DNA from: Thermomicrobiales bacterium
GTDB lineage: Bacteria > Chloroflexota > Chloroflexia > Thermomicrobiales > UBA6265
DNA length: 46,922 bases
Assembly: GCA_037721765.1 (NCBI GenBank)
Contig: JBBJOE010000002.1
Location: 1 to 46,922, forward strand
Direction: 5' to 3'
Under the pieces are notes generated by a model that had not been told where the DNA came from, did no database searches, and worked only from the letters and a program-made list of their open reading frames with translations. Numbering within the stretch: the stretch's first letter is position 1; every line of letters begins with the position of its first letter. Made by a program: the position numbers and the translations under genes. Positions 18,261 to 27,100 of the stretch are shown here, piece after piece.

Positions 18261-18995
18261 CTACCGCCGCATCTGGATGACTTTGAAGGCCTCGGCCAAC
18301 TCGAACGGCTGGTCCGCGGCGAGTTCGGATGCCCGCTCCCTTAGTCGCTCCTCCATCCCGTCGCCCGTGCCGACCTGGCTCTCGTGGGCCATAAGCGCAT
18401 CCATTTTGGCGGCAAAGGTCCCGGTGATGTCGATGTGCTTGTCGGGCTGCTCGGCACCGAAGAGCCACAGCTCGGCCGTCTTGTGCGGCTCCAGGCCCTC
18501 CCGCAGGTGCGACGAAAAATTGTGCGGGTCCCGGGCAGCCGGGTAGACCGAGTCGGTCGTCGCGAGGCCGACGGCCCGGTGGTCGGGGTGGAGCGCGTAG
18601 GGCCGGAAGGCGTCATGCGAGATTACCACGTCCGGCTTGTGGCTCCGGATCATCCGGACGATGCGCTCCCGCAGCGAGAGGTCCGGCAGCAACTCGCCAT
18701 CGGTACAGCGGAGGAAGACGACCTCCGATACGCCGAGACGGCGGCAGGCGTCCCGCTCCTCTCCTTCCCGCACGGTCGCCATCGCGTGTGGCGAGACAGA
18801 CGGGTCCGAACTGCCCTTGTCCCCGGAGGTCACCTGGATCAGGATGGTCTTCTTGCCCTCCCTCGCCAGGCGGGCGACCGTCCCGGCGGAGGAGAACTCC
18901 ATGTCGTCCGGATGGGCGACGATGACCATGTACGTCTCGAAGGTGGGGTCGAATCCCCCCGGCTCGACTTTGTTCTCGACCTGTCCCGCGCTCAT
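18261..18995 (-). CDS. PIG-L/LmbE family N-acetylglucosaminyl deacetylase
   Basis: Signature VIVAHPDDMEFSSAGT...GDKGS... followed by HPDH. Its start overlaps the hisS stop. Confidence 0.85.
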   Translation of the reverse strand: MSAGQVENKVEPGGFDPTFETYMVIVAHPDDMEFSSAGTVARLAREGKKTILIQVTSGDKGSSDPSVSPHAMATVREGEERDACRRLGVSEVVFLRCTDGELLPDLSLRERIVRMIRSHKPDVVISHDAFRPYALHPDHRAVGLATTDSVYPAARDPHNFSSHLREGLEPHKTAELWLFGAEQPDKHIDITGTFAAKMDALMAHESQVGTGDGMEERLRERASELAADQPFELAEAFKVIQMRR

Positions 18996-20356
18996 GACTC
19001 GTCGTTCTCCACGAAGGCGGCCACGACCGCCGCGTCGTCCGTCGTACCCGACCGGCCCAGCACGTCCCGGACCGCGCCGGGAAGATCATCGAGCGGGACC
19101 CGAGACTGCTCACCGGTAGCGAGATCACGCACGAATGCCTGCCCAGCGGCGACCTCGTCGGAGCCGAGGATGATCCCGAGCGGGATGCCCTTCCGCGCCG
19201 CATACTTGAGTTGGTCACCGATGCCCCGGTGGCCGAGCAACGAGAGGTCGGTCGGTACCCCCGCCTCCCTCAGCGTCGTCGCTACCCCGATGGCCGCCGA
19301 CCGCGCCACCGGGACGTGTGCGACGAAGGCATGCGCCGTCGTCGTCGGCACGGTTAGCAGGTCGAACTCCCGGACCACTTCGAGGATGCGCTCCAAGCCG
19401 AGCGAGATGCCGGTCGCGGGCACCGCTTGACCGGACATCGACCCGACGAGGCCGTCATAGCGTCCGCCTCCCGCGATGGAACCAACCTTCGGCCGCTCCA
19501 CTACCGCCTCGAAGACGGCGCCGGTGTAGTAGTCCAATCCCCTGGCAAGTGAGAGGTCCAGCATCACCCGTCCTGCCGGGACCGAGAAGTCGCCGGCGGC
19601 GGTGAAGATCTCGTCCAACTGACCCAGGGCGACCGAGACAGCTTCGTCTCCGCCCATGCGCTCCCGAAGCGTCGCGAGCACCTGGTCGGGAGAACCGTCG
19701 AGGCTCGTCAGGTCAAGTACCCGGTCCGACGCGTCCTCTGCGATCCCGGCCTCGATCAGCAGGCCGCGGACACCGTCGCGACCGATCTTGTCGAGTTTGT
19801 CGATGCTTTTGTATACGCCCCCCGCCCGGTCGGCCGGGACTCCGGCGTGACGAGCGATCCCCTCTAGCAAGACCCGGTGGTTGACCCGTACCGTGAAGTC
19901 CGGCAGGCCGAGGCCGAGCATCGCCTCGACGGCCATGGCGATGTGCTCGGCGTCGGCGAGCGGCGACGCCGACCCGACCACGTCGGCGTCGCACTGCCAG
20001 AACTCTCGGAATCGGCCCCGCTGCGGCTTCTCGGCCCGCCAGACCGGGGCGATGTGGTACCGCTTGAAGGGCATCGGCAAGTCGTTCTGGTGCATCGCCG
20101 CGACGCGGGCGAGGGGAACGGTCAAGTCGTAACGAAGGCCGACCTCGCGCTCTCCCCCATCGAGGAAGCGATACATCAATTTCTCGTTCTCACCCGCCTT
20201 CCCGGTCAGGATGTCGAGATGTTCGATCGCCGGGGTATCGAGCGGTTCGTACCCGTGCCGTTCGAACAGCGTCCGGAAGTCGCCGATGACCCGCTGCCGC
20301 AGCAGCATGTCGGCCGGCAGGTAGTCCCGGAATCCCTTCAAGATACGCGGCTTCAC
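18992..20356 (-). CDS. hisS: histidine--tRNA ligase
   Basis: N-terminus GFRDYLP, RYDLTVPLAR, FKRYHIAPVWRAEKPQRGRFREFWQCD (class II motif 2), GGGRYDGL (motif 3). Confidence 0.95.
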   Translation of the reverse strand: MKPRILKGFRDYLPADMLLRQRVIGDFRTLFERHGYEPLDTPAIEHLDILTGKAGENEKLMYRFLDGGEREVGLRYDLTVPLARVAAMHQNDLPMPFKRYHIAPVWRAEKPQRGRFREFWQCDADVVGSASPLADAEHIAMAVEAMLGLGLPDFTVRVNHRVLLEGIARHAGVPADRAGGVYKSIDKLDKIGRDGVRGLLIEAGIAEDASDRVLDLTSLDGSPDQVLATLRERMGGDEAVSVALGQLDEIFTAAGDFSVPAGRVMLDLSLARGLDYYTGAVFEAVVERPKVGSIAGGGRYDGLVGSMSGQAVPATGISLGLERILEVVREFDLLTVPTTTAHAFVAHVPVARSAAIGVATTLREAGVPTDLSLLGHRGIGDQLKYAARKGIPLGIILGSDEVAAGQAFVRDLATGEQSRVPLDDLPGAVRDVLGRSGTTDDAAVVAAFVENDES

Positions 20357-20931
20357 CCGGTCACTCTCCCAGTCGTGGTGCGATCCCGGCCCCGGGCGGC
20401 TTCGCCGGCCATGTGACCGATCTCGGGCACCACCAGCCGATCCATGGCCAGGGCGACGCCTGCCGGCGAGCCGGGCATCGCCAGGATCACCGTCCCCCCG
20501 GCCAGGCCACCGACCGCGCGGGACAGCATCGCCGCCGAACCGACCTCGGCGTAGCTGAGCATCCGGAACAGTTCCCCGAACCCATCGATCCGCTTGTCCA
20601 ATAATCCGACCAGCGCTTCATAGGTGGTGTCCCGGCCAGCGATGCCGGTTCCCCCGGTCGTCAGAACAACCTGGACCCGATCGTCCTCGACCCAGGCCGA
20701 CACCTGGGCCCGGATCGCGTCTGGCTCGTCCGGCAGGATACGCTGGTCGATCACCTCATGCCCCGCCGCATCGAGGCGATCGTGGATCGCCCGCCCGCCG
20801 TCGTCGGTCTCGACGGTCCTGGTATCGCTGATGGTCAGAACGGCGCATCTGACGACCGCCGGGGCGTGGGCCCGGTGCTGCCGGACGGCCGGCGAACCCG
20901 CCTCGGCCGTGTCCGGGGCGTTCACATCCAT
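20353..20931 (-). CDS. moaB: molybdenum cofactor biosynthesis protein B (MoaB/MogA family)
   Basis: AVLTISDTR...TTGGTGIAGRDTT...GSPAG blocks. 4-nt overlap with the hisS start. Confidence 0.85.
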   Translation of the reverse strand: MDVNAPDTAEAGSPAVRQHRAHAPAVVRCAVLTISDTRTVETDDGGRAIHDRLDAAGHEVIDQRILPDEPDAIRAQVSAWVEDDRVQVVLTTGGTGIAGRDTTYEALVGLLDKRIDGFGELFRMLSYAEVGSAAMLSRAVGGLAGGTVILAMPGSPAGVALAMDRLVVPEIGHMAGEAARGRDRTTTGRVTG

Positions 20932-22172
20932 GGCTCACCGGCCGGTGCCGTCAGGGCCAGTGCCAGGACGGCGTTGCCGAGGACGGCCTCTTCGACCTGG
21001 GCCACCGAGATCTGGTCGTGGATCGTGTGGGCGTGGCGTTCCTCGCCCGGGCCAAAACCGATCGTCCTCACGCCGAGGTCGTGCAGGTGTCCCCCATCGG
21101 TGGCGAAGGTCCAGGTGCCGACCCGCACCGTCCGGCCGAAGGCGCTCTCCAGCGCGTCCCGGGCGATGGTCACCGCCGGGTCGTCGGCGGCGGTCTCGAA
21201 CGGCAGGGTCGAGGGCATAGCGTCGGTCATGCCGGTGTAGGTCGAAACCGGCCGGGCGGCGACCGTCACGTCGACGACGATCCCGTCCAGCCCGGTGATC
21301 GCCTCCTCCGCGACCCGCCGGACGGCGGCGATCACCGTCGCCTCGTCTTCGCCGGGGACGTTGCGCCAGTCCAGCGAGATCGAGACGGAGCCCGGGGTGA
21401 CGTTGCCGCTGACTTGGTCCGTCTCGATCGAGGTCGGGGCCATCGACGAGCCGCCGAAGGTGTCGCTCGGCGTCATCGGCATGGTCTCGATGGCGAGCAA
21501 GAATCTGGCGACGGCAAAGTGGGGATTCCGTCCCCGCTCGGGGGCACTGGCGTGGGTCGACAGGCCGGTGAAGGTGACGCGCACGAACAGGCGGCCCCGG
21601 TGACCGCGCCGGAGCTCGTTTTGACTCGGCTCCCCGACCACGGCGACGTCGGTCGCCAGGGTCGTCGCCAGGTGGCGACTGCCGAAGCCCCCGACCTCTT
21701 CCAACACCACGGCCACCACGAAGATATCTCCCCGTGGCGTCAATCCCGCCTCGCGCAGGGCGGGGACCAAGGCGATCTGGGCGGCCATCGACCCCTTCAG
21801 GTCCGAAGCGCCACGCCCGTAGAGGATCCCGTCCTCGATGACCCCGCCGAACGGCGGTCGGGCCCATAGGGCGTGGTCACCGGGCGAGACGTGGTCGAGA
21901 TGGGTATTGAACTGCACGCGGGCGCCGCTTCCGGCACCACGCAGGTGCCCGATGACGTTCCCGGCGTCGTCTCGCCAGACGTCGTCGTAACCGAGACCGC
22001 GCATCGCCTCGATGACGAGATCGGCGGCCCTCCTCTCGTCGCCGGAGGGGCTCGGGGTCTGGATCAGACGCCGGGCTAGAGCGGTCGTGGCGGGAAACGC
22101 GCCCCGCACGGCCGCTCTGAGTTGTTTGAGCGTGCCGGTCGTCGCGGGGGCACTCGTTCGCGTGGTCATCAT
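20922..22172 (-). CDS. M20 family metallopeptidase (ArgE/DapE/YgeY-like)
   Basis: Track ORF trimmed to Met50 (MMTTRTS...), because the longer form overlaps the upstream gene. Blocks: HLDHVSPGD, GRGASDLKG, LEEVGG, FATDGG. Confidence 0.85.
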   Translation of the reverse strand: MMTTRTSAPATTGTLKQLRAAVRGAFPATTALARRLIQTPSPSGDERRAADLVIEAMRGLGYDDVWRDDAGNVIGHLRGAGSGARVQFNTHLDHVSPGDHALWARPPFGGVIEDGILYGRGASDLKGSMAAQIALVPALREAGLTPRGDIFVVAVVLEEVGGFGSRHLATTLATDVAVVGEPSQNELRRGHRGRLFVRVTFTGLSTHASAPERGRNPHFAVARFLLAIETMPMTPSDTFGGSSMAPTSIETDQVSGNVTPGSVSISLDWRNVPGEDEATVIAAVRRVAEEAITGLDGIVVDVTVAARPVSTYTGMTDAMPSTLPFETAADDPAVTIARDALESAFGRTVRVGTWTFATDGGHLHDLGVRTIGFGPGEERHAHTIHDQISVAQVEEAVLGNAVLALALTAPAGEPWM

Positions 22173-22299
22173 CGTCGCATCCCCATGTCCAGACGTCACG
22201 CCTGGCAGCGAGCGAAGGATCCGAGAAAACGGGACAACGTGGCCCCGGCTCTGCCGGGGCCACGTTGGACCTGTTCGTCCGCGTGTCAGTCTACGCCAG

Positions 22300-22884
22300 T
22301 TAGGAGACCGGCGTGGCATCCGTGGAGACGCCGCCCGATAGGCCCTGGGCCAGGAAGACGGTCACGATCGTCTCCTCGCCCGTGCCCTGGAGCCAGGCCA
22401 CGCCGGAGAACCCGGAGCCGTTCTGCTCGGCCAGGCCGATGAACAGATTGCCGTCGGAGTCCGGCGTGCCGCCGATGGCCCCGCAGGCGATGTAGTTGCC
22501 AGCGTTCTCGGCACTCTCATGGACGTTGATCGCGTGCTCGGCCGACAAGATCACGTCCAGCGACGCGGCGACGGTGGTCACGCTGACCGCGGCCGGCATC
22601 GCTTCCATGGAGCCGGTGCCCATCGCCATCGGCGAAGCGGCCGGTGAGGCCATGTCCATGTCCATGCCGCTGCGCATCTCGACATCGGCCAGCGGGAGCA
22701 ACGGCGTCGGGTTCAGCGTCTCGCAGTTGCCCTCGTGAATATGGGCCGGGTGCGGCACGGAACTCACGTCACCCGCGACCGGCGTGCTGTCCTGTGCCTG
22801 ACCGACCAGGGCTCCACCCGCGAGGACTAAGGCCAAAGCCATGGCCACGCCCACTACACCGAACTTGCTCATCATCCGCGACAT
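22300..22884 (-). CDS. secreted protein with an HIHEGNC motif and a Met-rich segment (candidate copper-binding; CHRD- or Cu-SOD-like motifs)
   Basis: Track ORF trimmed to Met31, with AGGAGGA upstream of the ATG at 22884. Signal peptide MSRMMSKFGVVGVAMALALVLAGGALVGQAQ. PHPAHIHEGNC and INVHES...YIACGAIGG. Eight Met in residues 70-96 (MRSGMDMDMASPAASPMAMGTGSMEAM). Confidence 0.65.
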   Translation of the reverse strand: MSRMMSKFGVVGVAMALALVLAGGALVGQAQDSTPVAGDVSSVPHPAHIHEGNCETLNPTPLLPLADVEMRSGMDMDMASPAASPMAMGTGSMEAMPAAVSVTTVAASLDVILSAEHAINVHESAENAGNYIACGAIGGTPDSDGNLFIGLAEQNGSGFSGVAWLQGTGEETIVTVFLAQGLSGGVSTDATPVS

Positions 22885-22980
22885 GTGTCGTCCTCCTGAT
22901 GCCGCACGAGCGGCGACTTTTGACCTGCGCGACCACGCCGCGCGCCACGAACGATGATACGGGAACCAGCCCACCGAATG

Positions 22981-23367
22981 TTAGATCCCGATCACGTTCT
23001 CGTAATGCCGAACCGCATCAATCGCGCCATCGTCTCGGAGCGAGATCGCTACCAGGTCGATTCGCCAGATCGCCGTCTGCCATTCTGTATGTTCGGCCAC
23101 AAAACGCTCCCCCGCCAGCAGGAGACGACGGGCTTTTGCCGCCCCGACCGCGTCGTCCGGCCGCCCGGCCCGTTCACCCCGCCGTGTCTTGACCTCGACG
23201 AAGACCAACTCGTCCCCATGGGTCATCACCAGATCCAGTTCCCCGGCCGGGCAGTGCCAGTTGGCCCCCACGAAGACGTACCCGCGTGATTCGAGGAAGC
23301 GGCGGGCGTGTCCTTCTCCCGCCCGACCTAGGGTGACCCGATCCAGATGCCATACCGGTCGCGTCAT
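22981..23367 (-). CDS. yraN: YraN family endonuclease (UPF0102)
   Basis: GEGHARRFLESRGYVFVGANW....GELDLV......LVFVEVKTR pattern. Conserved position downstream of rnhB. Confidence 0.85.
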   Translation of the reverse strand: MTRPVWHLDRVTLGRAGEGHARRFLESRGYVFVGANWHCPAGELDLVMTHGDELVFVEVKTRRGERAGRPDDAVGAAKARRLLLAGERFVAEHTEWQTAIWRIDLVAISLRDDGAIDAVRHYENVIGI

Positions 23368-24224
23368 CGTCCTGAGCCCGGGCTGACTCCCAACATCTCG
23401 CGGAGCGGGCGGAACGACCGCCTGTGGAAGGGTCCCGGACCGAACCGGCGCACCGCCGCCAGGTGATCGGGCGTCCCGTAGCCCTTGTGAACGGCGAAGG
23501 CGTACCGGTCGTCGAGAACGTCCAGATCGGCCATCAGGGCGTCCCTGGTGACCTTGGCGACGATCGACGCCGCGGCGATCGACAGCGAATGCCGGTCACC
23601 CCGGATCAGCCCATACTGCGGCAACTCGACATCGATGGTGAAGGCATCCAGCAGCAGGGAGGCCGGCGGCTTCGGCAGGGCCAGCACGGCCCGCTCCATC
23701 GCCATGCGATTCGCCGCCGCGATCCCGAGCACGTCGATGTCCCAGGCCGGCACCGCACTGAGGCCGACGCCCTCGGCCACCTCCCAAATCCTGCCGGCGA
23801 GCCGGAGGCGGACCAGGGGGTGGACCTGCTTAGAGTCTCGGATGCCGCGCAGCATCGCCCGCAGGCGCCGCATCGGCGGCCCATCGCAGGCCGGGAAGAT
23901 CACGGCAGCCGCCACGATCGGCCCGGCCAGGGCGCCGCGCCCGACCTCATCCACCCCGGCGACCGGCCCCATCCCCTCGTCCCAACAAGCTCGTTCCCAT
24001 CGCAGTGTCGGGGCAGGGACCGGGCGAGGCCGGGCCGGTACCCGCGTCGGACGTCGATCCGGGCCGTTCACCCGGTATGTGTCAAGGGCCAGAGAGCGAA
24101 CATCCTCCTGGTCCGGCGGGAACGGTGCCCCGCGCTCGGGGGGACAGACCCTTCGGGCCGGCGAACCGGGGCCGACGAGCCGGGCACGCGCCGGACCGCG
24201 CCTGGGGAGGGGCACGGGCCGCAC
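23364..24224 (-). CDS. rnhB: ribonuclease HII
   Basis: VAGVDEVGRGALAGPIVAAAVI catalytic motif, DSKQ, and the HKGYGT-like HKGYGTPDH block. The N-terminal roughly 80 aa are Pro/Arg-rich and the true start is uncertain (alternatives: GTG near 24080 or ATG 23972). Confidence 0.85.
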   Translation of the reverse strand: MRPVPLPRRGPARARLVGPGSPARRVCPPERGAPFPPDQEDVRSLALDTYRVNGPDRRPTRVPARPRPVPAPTLRWERACWDEGMGPVAGVDEVGRGALAGPIVAAAVIFPACDGPPMRRLRAMLRGIRDSKQVHPLVRLRLAGRIWEVAEGVGLSAVPAWDIDVLGIAAANRMAMERAVLALPKPPASLLLDAFTIDVELPQYGLIRGDRHSLSIAAASIVAKVTRDALMADLDVLDDRYAFAVHKGYGTPDHLAAVRRFGPGPFHRRSFRPLREMLGVSPGSGR

Positions 24225-24253
24225 GGATCATCCATAAACTTCGACTCGGATGA

Positions 24254-24814
24254 TTAGGTCGTGGTCGGGCGCGAGGCGTCGTCGGCACCGACATCGGGAT
24301 CGACGGGACCGGTCGAGCCGACCGCGTCGGCCGTCTCGGGCTGGTCGCCCGGCGCCGTCAGGTCACCGGTCACGAGCGGGGACGAGACCACCGGCTCGTT
24401 CACCACTGCCACCTCAGCGACGACCACCTTCGGCCGGCCGTGCAACCCGACGGTTGGGTCCGGCCGGCGCCGCTCCTTGATCCGGGCGGCACGGCCGGTC
24501 AGGCCGCGCAGGTAGTACAGGCGGGCCCGGCGGACGCGGCCGAACCGGACCACCTCGACCCGGTCGACCCGGGGTGAGTGGATCAGGAACGTCCGCTCGA
24601 CGCCGACCGCGTGCGAGGCGATACGGCGGACGGTGAAGTTCTCATTCACACCCCCGCCCCGGCGCCGGATGACCATGCCCTCGAAGACCTGGATCCGCTC
24701 CCGCGTCCCCTCGACGACCCGGGCGTGGACCCGTACGGTATCGCCCGGTCCAAAGCTGGGGACGTCCTCTTTGTACTGCTCCGCTTCGAGGGAGCGGATG
24801 AGTTGCGCGACCAT
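24254..24814 (-). CDS. rplS: 50S ribosomal protein L19 with a C-terminal extension of about 65 aa
   Basis: The first 118 aa ([12 protein letters not shown]...[25 protein letters not shown]......FTVRRI...VGVERTF..HSP) are canonical L19. The frame stays open through an acidic/Pro/Val-rich tail to 24254. Confidence 0.9.
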   Translation of the reverse strand: MVAQLIRSLEAEQYKEDVPSFGPGDTVRVHARVVEGTRERIQVFEGMVIRRRGGGVNENFTVRRIASHAVGVERTFLIHSPRVDRVEVVRFGRVRRARLYYLRGLTGRAARIKERRRPDPTVGLHGRPKVVVAEVAVVNEPVVSSPLVTGDLTAPGDQPETADAVGSTGPVDPDVGADDASRPTTT

Positions 24815-24927
24815 GGTCGATCCTATCTCGCTATCGCTATGCGGCGTGTCGTCATCCGAACGCGACGGTAAGCTCCGCGGGGTCGAAACGTGCCTGCCGC
24901 GTCACCTATTTCACCCACGCGAACATG

Positions 24928-24964
24928 GCTTGCCCAGGGCAAGCAACCGGCGGCGAGTGTATCA
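24928..24964 (-). promoter_or_regulatory. putative rplS promoter (extended -10 TGaTACACT) followed by a 17-bp perfect palindrome
   Basis: Minus sense: TG-A-TACACT (24964-24956). GCTTGCCC-N-GGGCAAGC palindrome at 24928-24944, immediately downstream of the predicted start site and about 115 nt upstream of the rplS ATG. Confidence 0.4.
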
Positions 24965-25060
24965 CACGTGGCCCGGCACGACCGGCCCCGGCTGCTCTCC
25001 CGGGCGCTTGACCGGCCCGGCCACGACCGGTCCGGCAATTGACGGGGAACCACCGCCCAG

Positions 25061-26974
25061 TCACACGGGGGCAGCGACCGGGATCGCCTTGAGGACCTCC
25101 GCCGCGACCTCGTACCGGCCAAACGAGGGCATCAGGTAGACCCCCTGGACATGTGGCACGGCCGCCGCCAGGAGGTCCTGAGCCATCGTCACACCCGCCT
25201 GGCGGCCGTCCGAACCGGCCCCGCGCATGCGGGCCCGGGCCTCGTCGGTGAGGGTGATGCCCGGCACCTCATTGTGCAGGAACTCGGCGTGCTTGGTGGA
25301 TTGCAGCGGCAAGATGCCCAACATCACCGGCAGGCCCAGATCCGCCGTGCCCCACTCGGCCGCGTAAATTTCCAAGAACCGGTGCCAGACGGAGAGATCG
25401 AAGATGGGCTGGGTCATCACGAAGTGGGCCCCCGCATCCAGCTTCGCCCGCAACCGCCGGGCCTCGTCGGCCAGATCGGCCTTGGTCGGGTCGACCGCGC
25501 AGGCGATGGTGAAGCTGGCCCCCCGCCCGATCGAGGCCCCGGCCGAATCGACCCCCTCGTTGAGGCGCCGCAGGACCCGGATCAGGCCGACGGAGTCGAC
25601 GTCGTAGACGGCGGACGAGTCCGGGTAGTCGCCGAGGCTGGGCGGGTCCCCGGTCAAGGCGAGGATGTTTCGCACCCCGACGGCGTGAGCGCCGAGCAAT
25701 TCGGACTGGAGTCCCATCAACGAGCGGTCCCGGGTCGTGAAGTGGACGATGGTCTCGATCCCGACCCGGTGCTGGATCACGTAGCTGAGGGTCATCGCGC
25801 TCATCCGGACCCGCGCCATCGGGGAATCGGCGACGTTGATCGCGTGGACGCCGGCGTCCTTGAGCAACTGGGCCCCGGCCAGGGCCTTGGCCGGGTTGAA
25901 GCCTTTCGGAGGGTCGATCTCGACGCTGACCAGGAAGGTCTTCCCGAGGGCTTTCGCCACGTCGGTGGGCTCATCGGTCGGTTCGGTCCCCATCGCCAGA
26001 GGGTTTGCCGGGGCATCCGACTCCTCTCCGCGTGGGACGGTGACGCCCAAGCCATGCCGCTCCGGTCGGGCGACCCCGGCGTCGAAGGCACCGCGCAGGG
26101 CGGCGACGTGGGCAGGGGTGGTACCGCAGCACCCACCGACGATCGATGCCCCGGCCTCGATCGCTTCCTGGCCGAAGCCGGCGAAGTAATCCGGCGAGGC
26201 CTGGTAGATGACGCGGCCACCGACGTGGGTCGGCCAGCCCGCGTTCGGCATCACCACCAACGCCGGGGGATCGGGCAGATTCGCGACATCGAGAGCGGCC
26301 GAGAGGCGACGCAGCACCGCCAGGGTCCGGCTTGGCCCGACCGAACAGTTGGCCCCGATGGCGGCCGGACCCAGCGGCAGCAGTGCGGCTACCACGTGCT
26401 CCGGGGTCTCGCCGCCGATGGTCCGGCCATCCTCGGCGAAGGTCAGTAGGACCACGATCGGCAGCCCGCCGACCGCTTGGGCGGCCAATATTGCCTGACG
26501 GGACTCCGCGACCGACCCCATGGTCTCCAGGACCAACAAGTCCACGCCGCCTTCGAGCAGGGCGGAAATCTGCTCTTCGAATATCTCCCGCACCGTCTCC
26601 GGCGCGGTCATCCCGATCGGGGCGATGGTCCGGCCGGTCGGGCCGACGGCGCCCGCCACCAGGACTGGCGCACCGCTGATCTCCCGCTCCTCCCGGGCAA
26701 GTTTGGCCGCCCGGCGATTGATGTCACGGACCTGGCCACCCAGGCCGAACACCTCCAGCTTGGCCCGGTTCGCCCCGAAGGTGTTGGTCTCGATGATGTC
26801 GGCGCCGGCTCGGATGTAGGCCCGATGGATCGACGCGACCTGTTCGGGGTGAGTCAGGGTCAGGGCGTCGAAGCACTCGTCGAGGGCCGCGCCACCGGCG
26901 TAGAGCATCGTGCCCATCGCGCCGTCGAGCAGCAGCGGTCCCTGGCGAAGACGATCGAGGAAGGGGTGCGACAT
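25061..26974 (-). CDS. bifunctional homocysteine S-methyltransferase / 5,10-methylenetetrahydrofolate reductase (B. subtilis YitJ-like)
   Basis: N-terminal Hcy-binding domain (LLLDGAMGTMLY...ETNTFGAN...GGCCGTTPAHV). C-terminal MetF/MTHFR domain (FLVSVEIDPPKG...TTRDR...NILALTGDPP). Confidence 0.9.
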   Translation of the reverse strand: MSHPFLDRLRQGPLLLDGAMGTMLYAGGAALDECFDALTLTHPEQVASIHRAYIRAGADIIETNTFGANRAKLEVFGLGGQVRDINRRAAKLAREEREISGAPVLVAGAVGPTGRTIAPIGMTAPETVREIFEEQISALLEGGVDLLVLETMGSVAESRQAILAAQAVGGLPIVVLLTFAEDGRTIGGETPEHVVAALLPLGPAAIGANCSVGPSRTLAVLRRLSAALDVANLPDPPALVVMPNAGWPTHVGGRVIYQASPDYFAGFGQEAIEAGASIVGGCCGTTPAHVAALRGAFDAGVARPERHGLGVTVPRGEESDAPANPLAMGTEPTDEPTDVAKALGKTFLVSVEIDPPKGFNPAKALAGAQLLKDAGVHAINVADSPMARVRMSAMTLSYVIQHRVGIETIVHFTTRDRSLMGLQSELLGAHAVGVRNILALTGDPPSLGDYPDSSAVYDVDSVGLIRVLRRLNEGVDSAGASIGRGASFTIACAVDPTKADLADEARRLRAKLDAGAHFVMTQPIFDLSVWHRFLEIYAAEWGTADLGLPVMLGILPLQSTKHAEFLHNEVPGITLTDEARARMRGAGSDGRQAGVTMAQDLLAAAVPHVQGVYLMPSFGRYEVAAEVLKAIPVAAPV

Positions 26975-27071
26975 GGGGGTGGGCTCCAGGCGTCAGAGCA
27001 TCGTTCGTCCCCGGCAGCAGGTCCGGGGTCAGGGGACGGGAAGGGAACGGTGGCGACGGGCGATCGTGCGA

Positions 27072-27100
27072 TTGACGCGCCGTGATGACAACGCTACAGT
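27072..27100 (+). promoter_or_regulatory. putative promoter of the cphB-cphA1 operon
   Basis: TTGACG (27072-27077), exact 17-nt spacer, TACAGT (27095-27100). Predicts a 5' UTR of about 110 nt before the GTG at 27219. Confidence 0.5.

Noticed and set aside
26975-27071. Possible SAM (S-box) riboswitch upstream of the YitJ-like methyltransferase/MTHFR gene, as in Bacillus
   Set aside because: Reading the minus-strand leader, I found no AUCAAGAG...GAGGGA-UGGCCC...GCAACC...GGUGC-AAUUCC core. There is only a vague GGGAC-GG-CCCGAU resemblance further upstream, on the far side of the divergent cphB promoter. A cmsearch would be decisive, but I cannot support the call.
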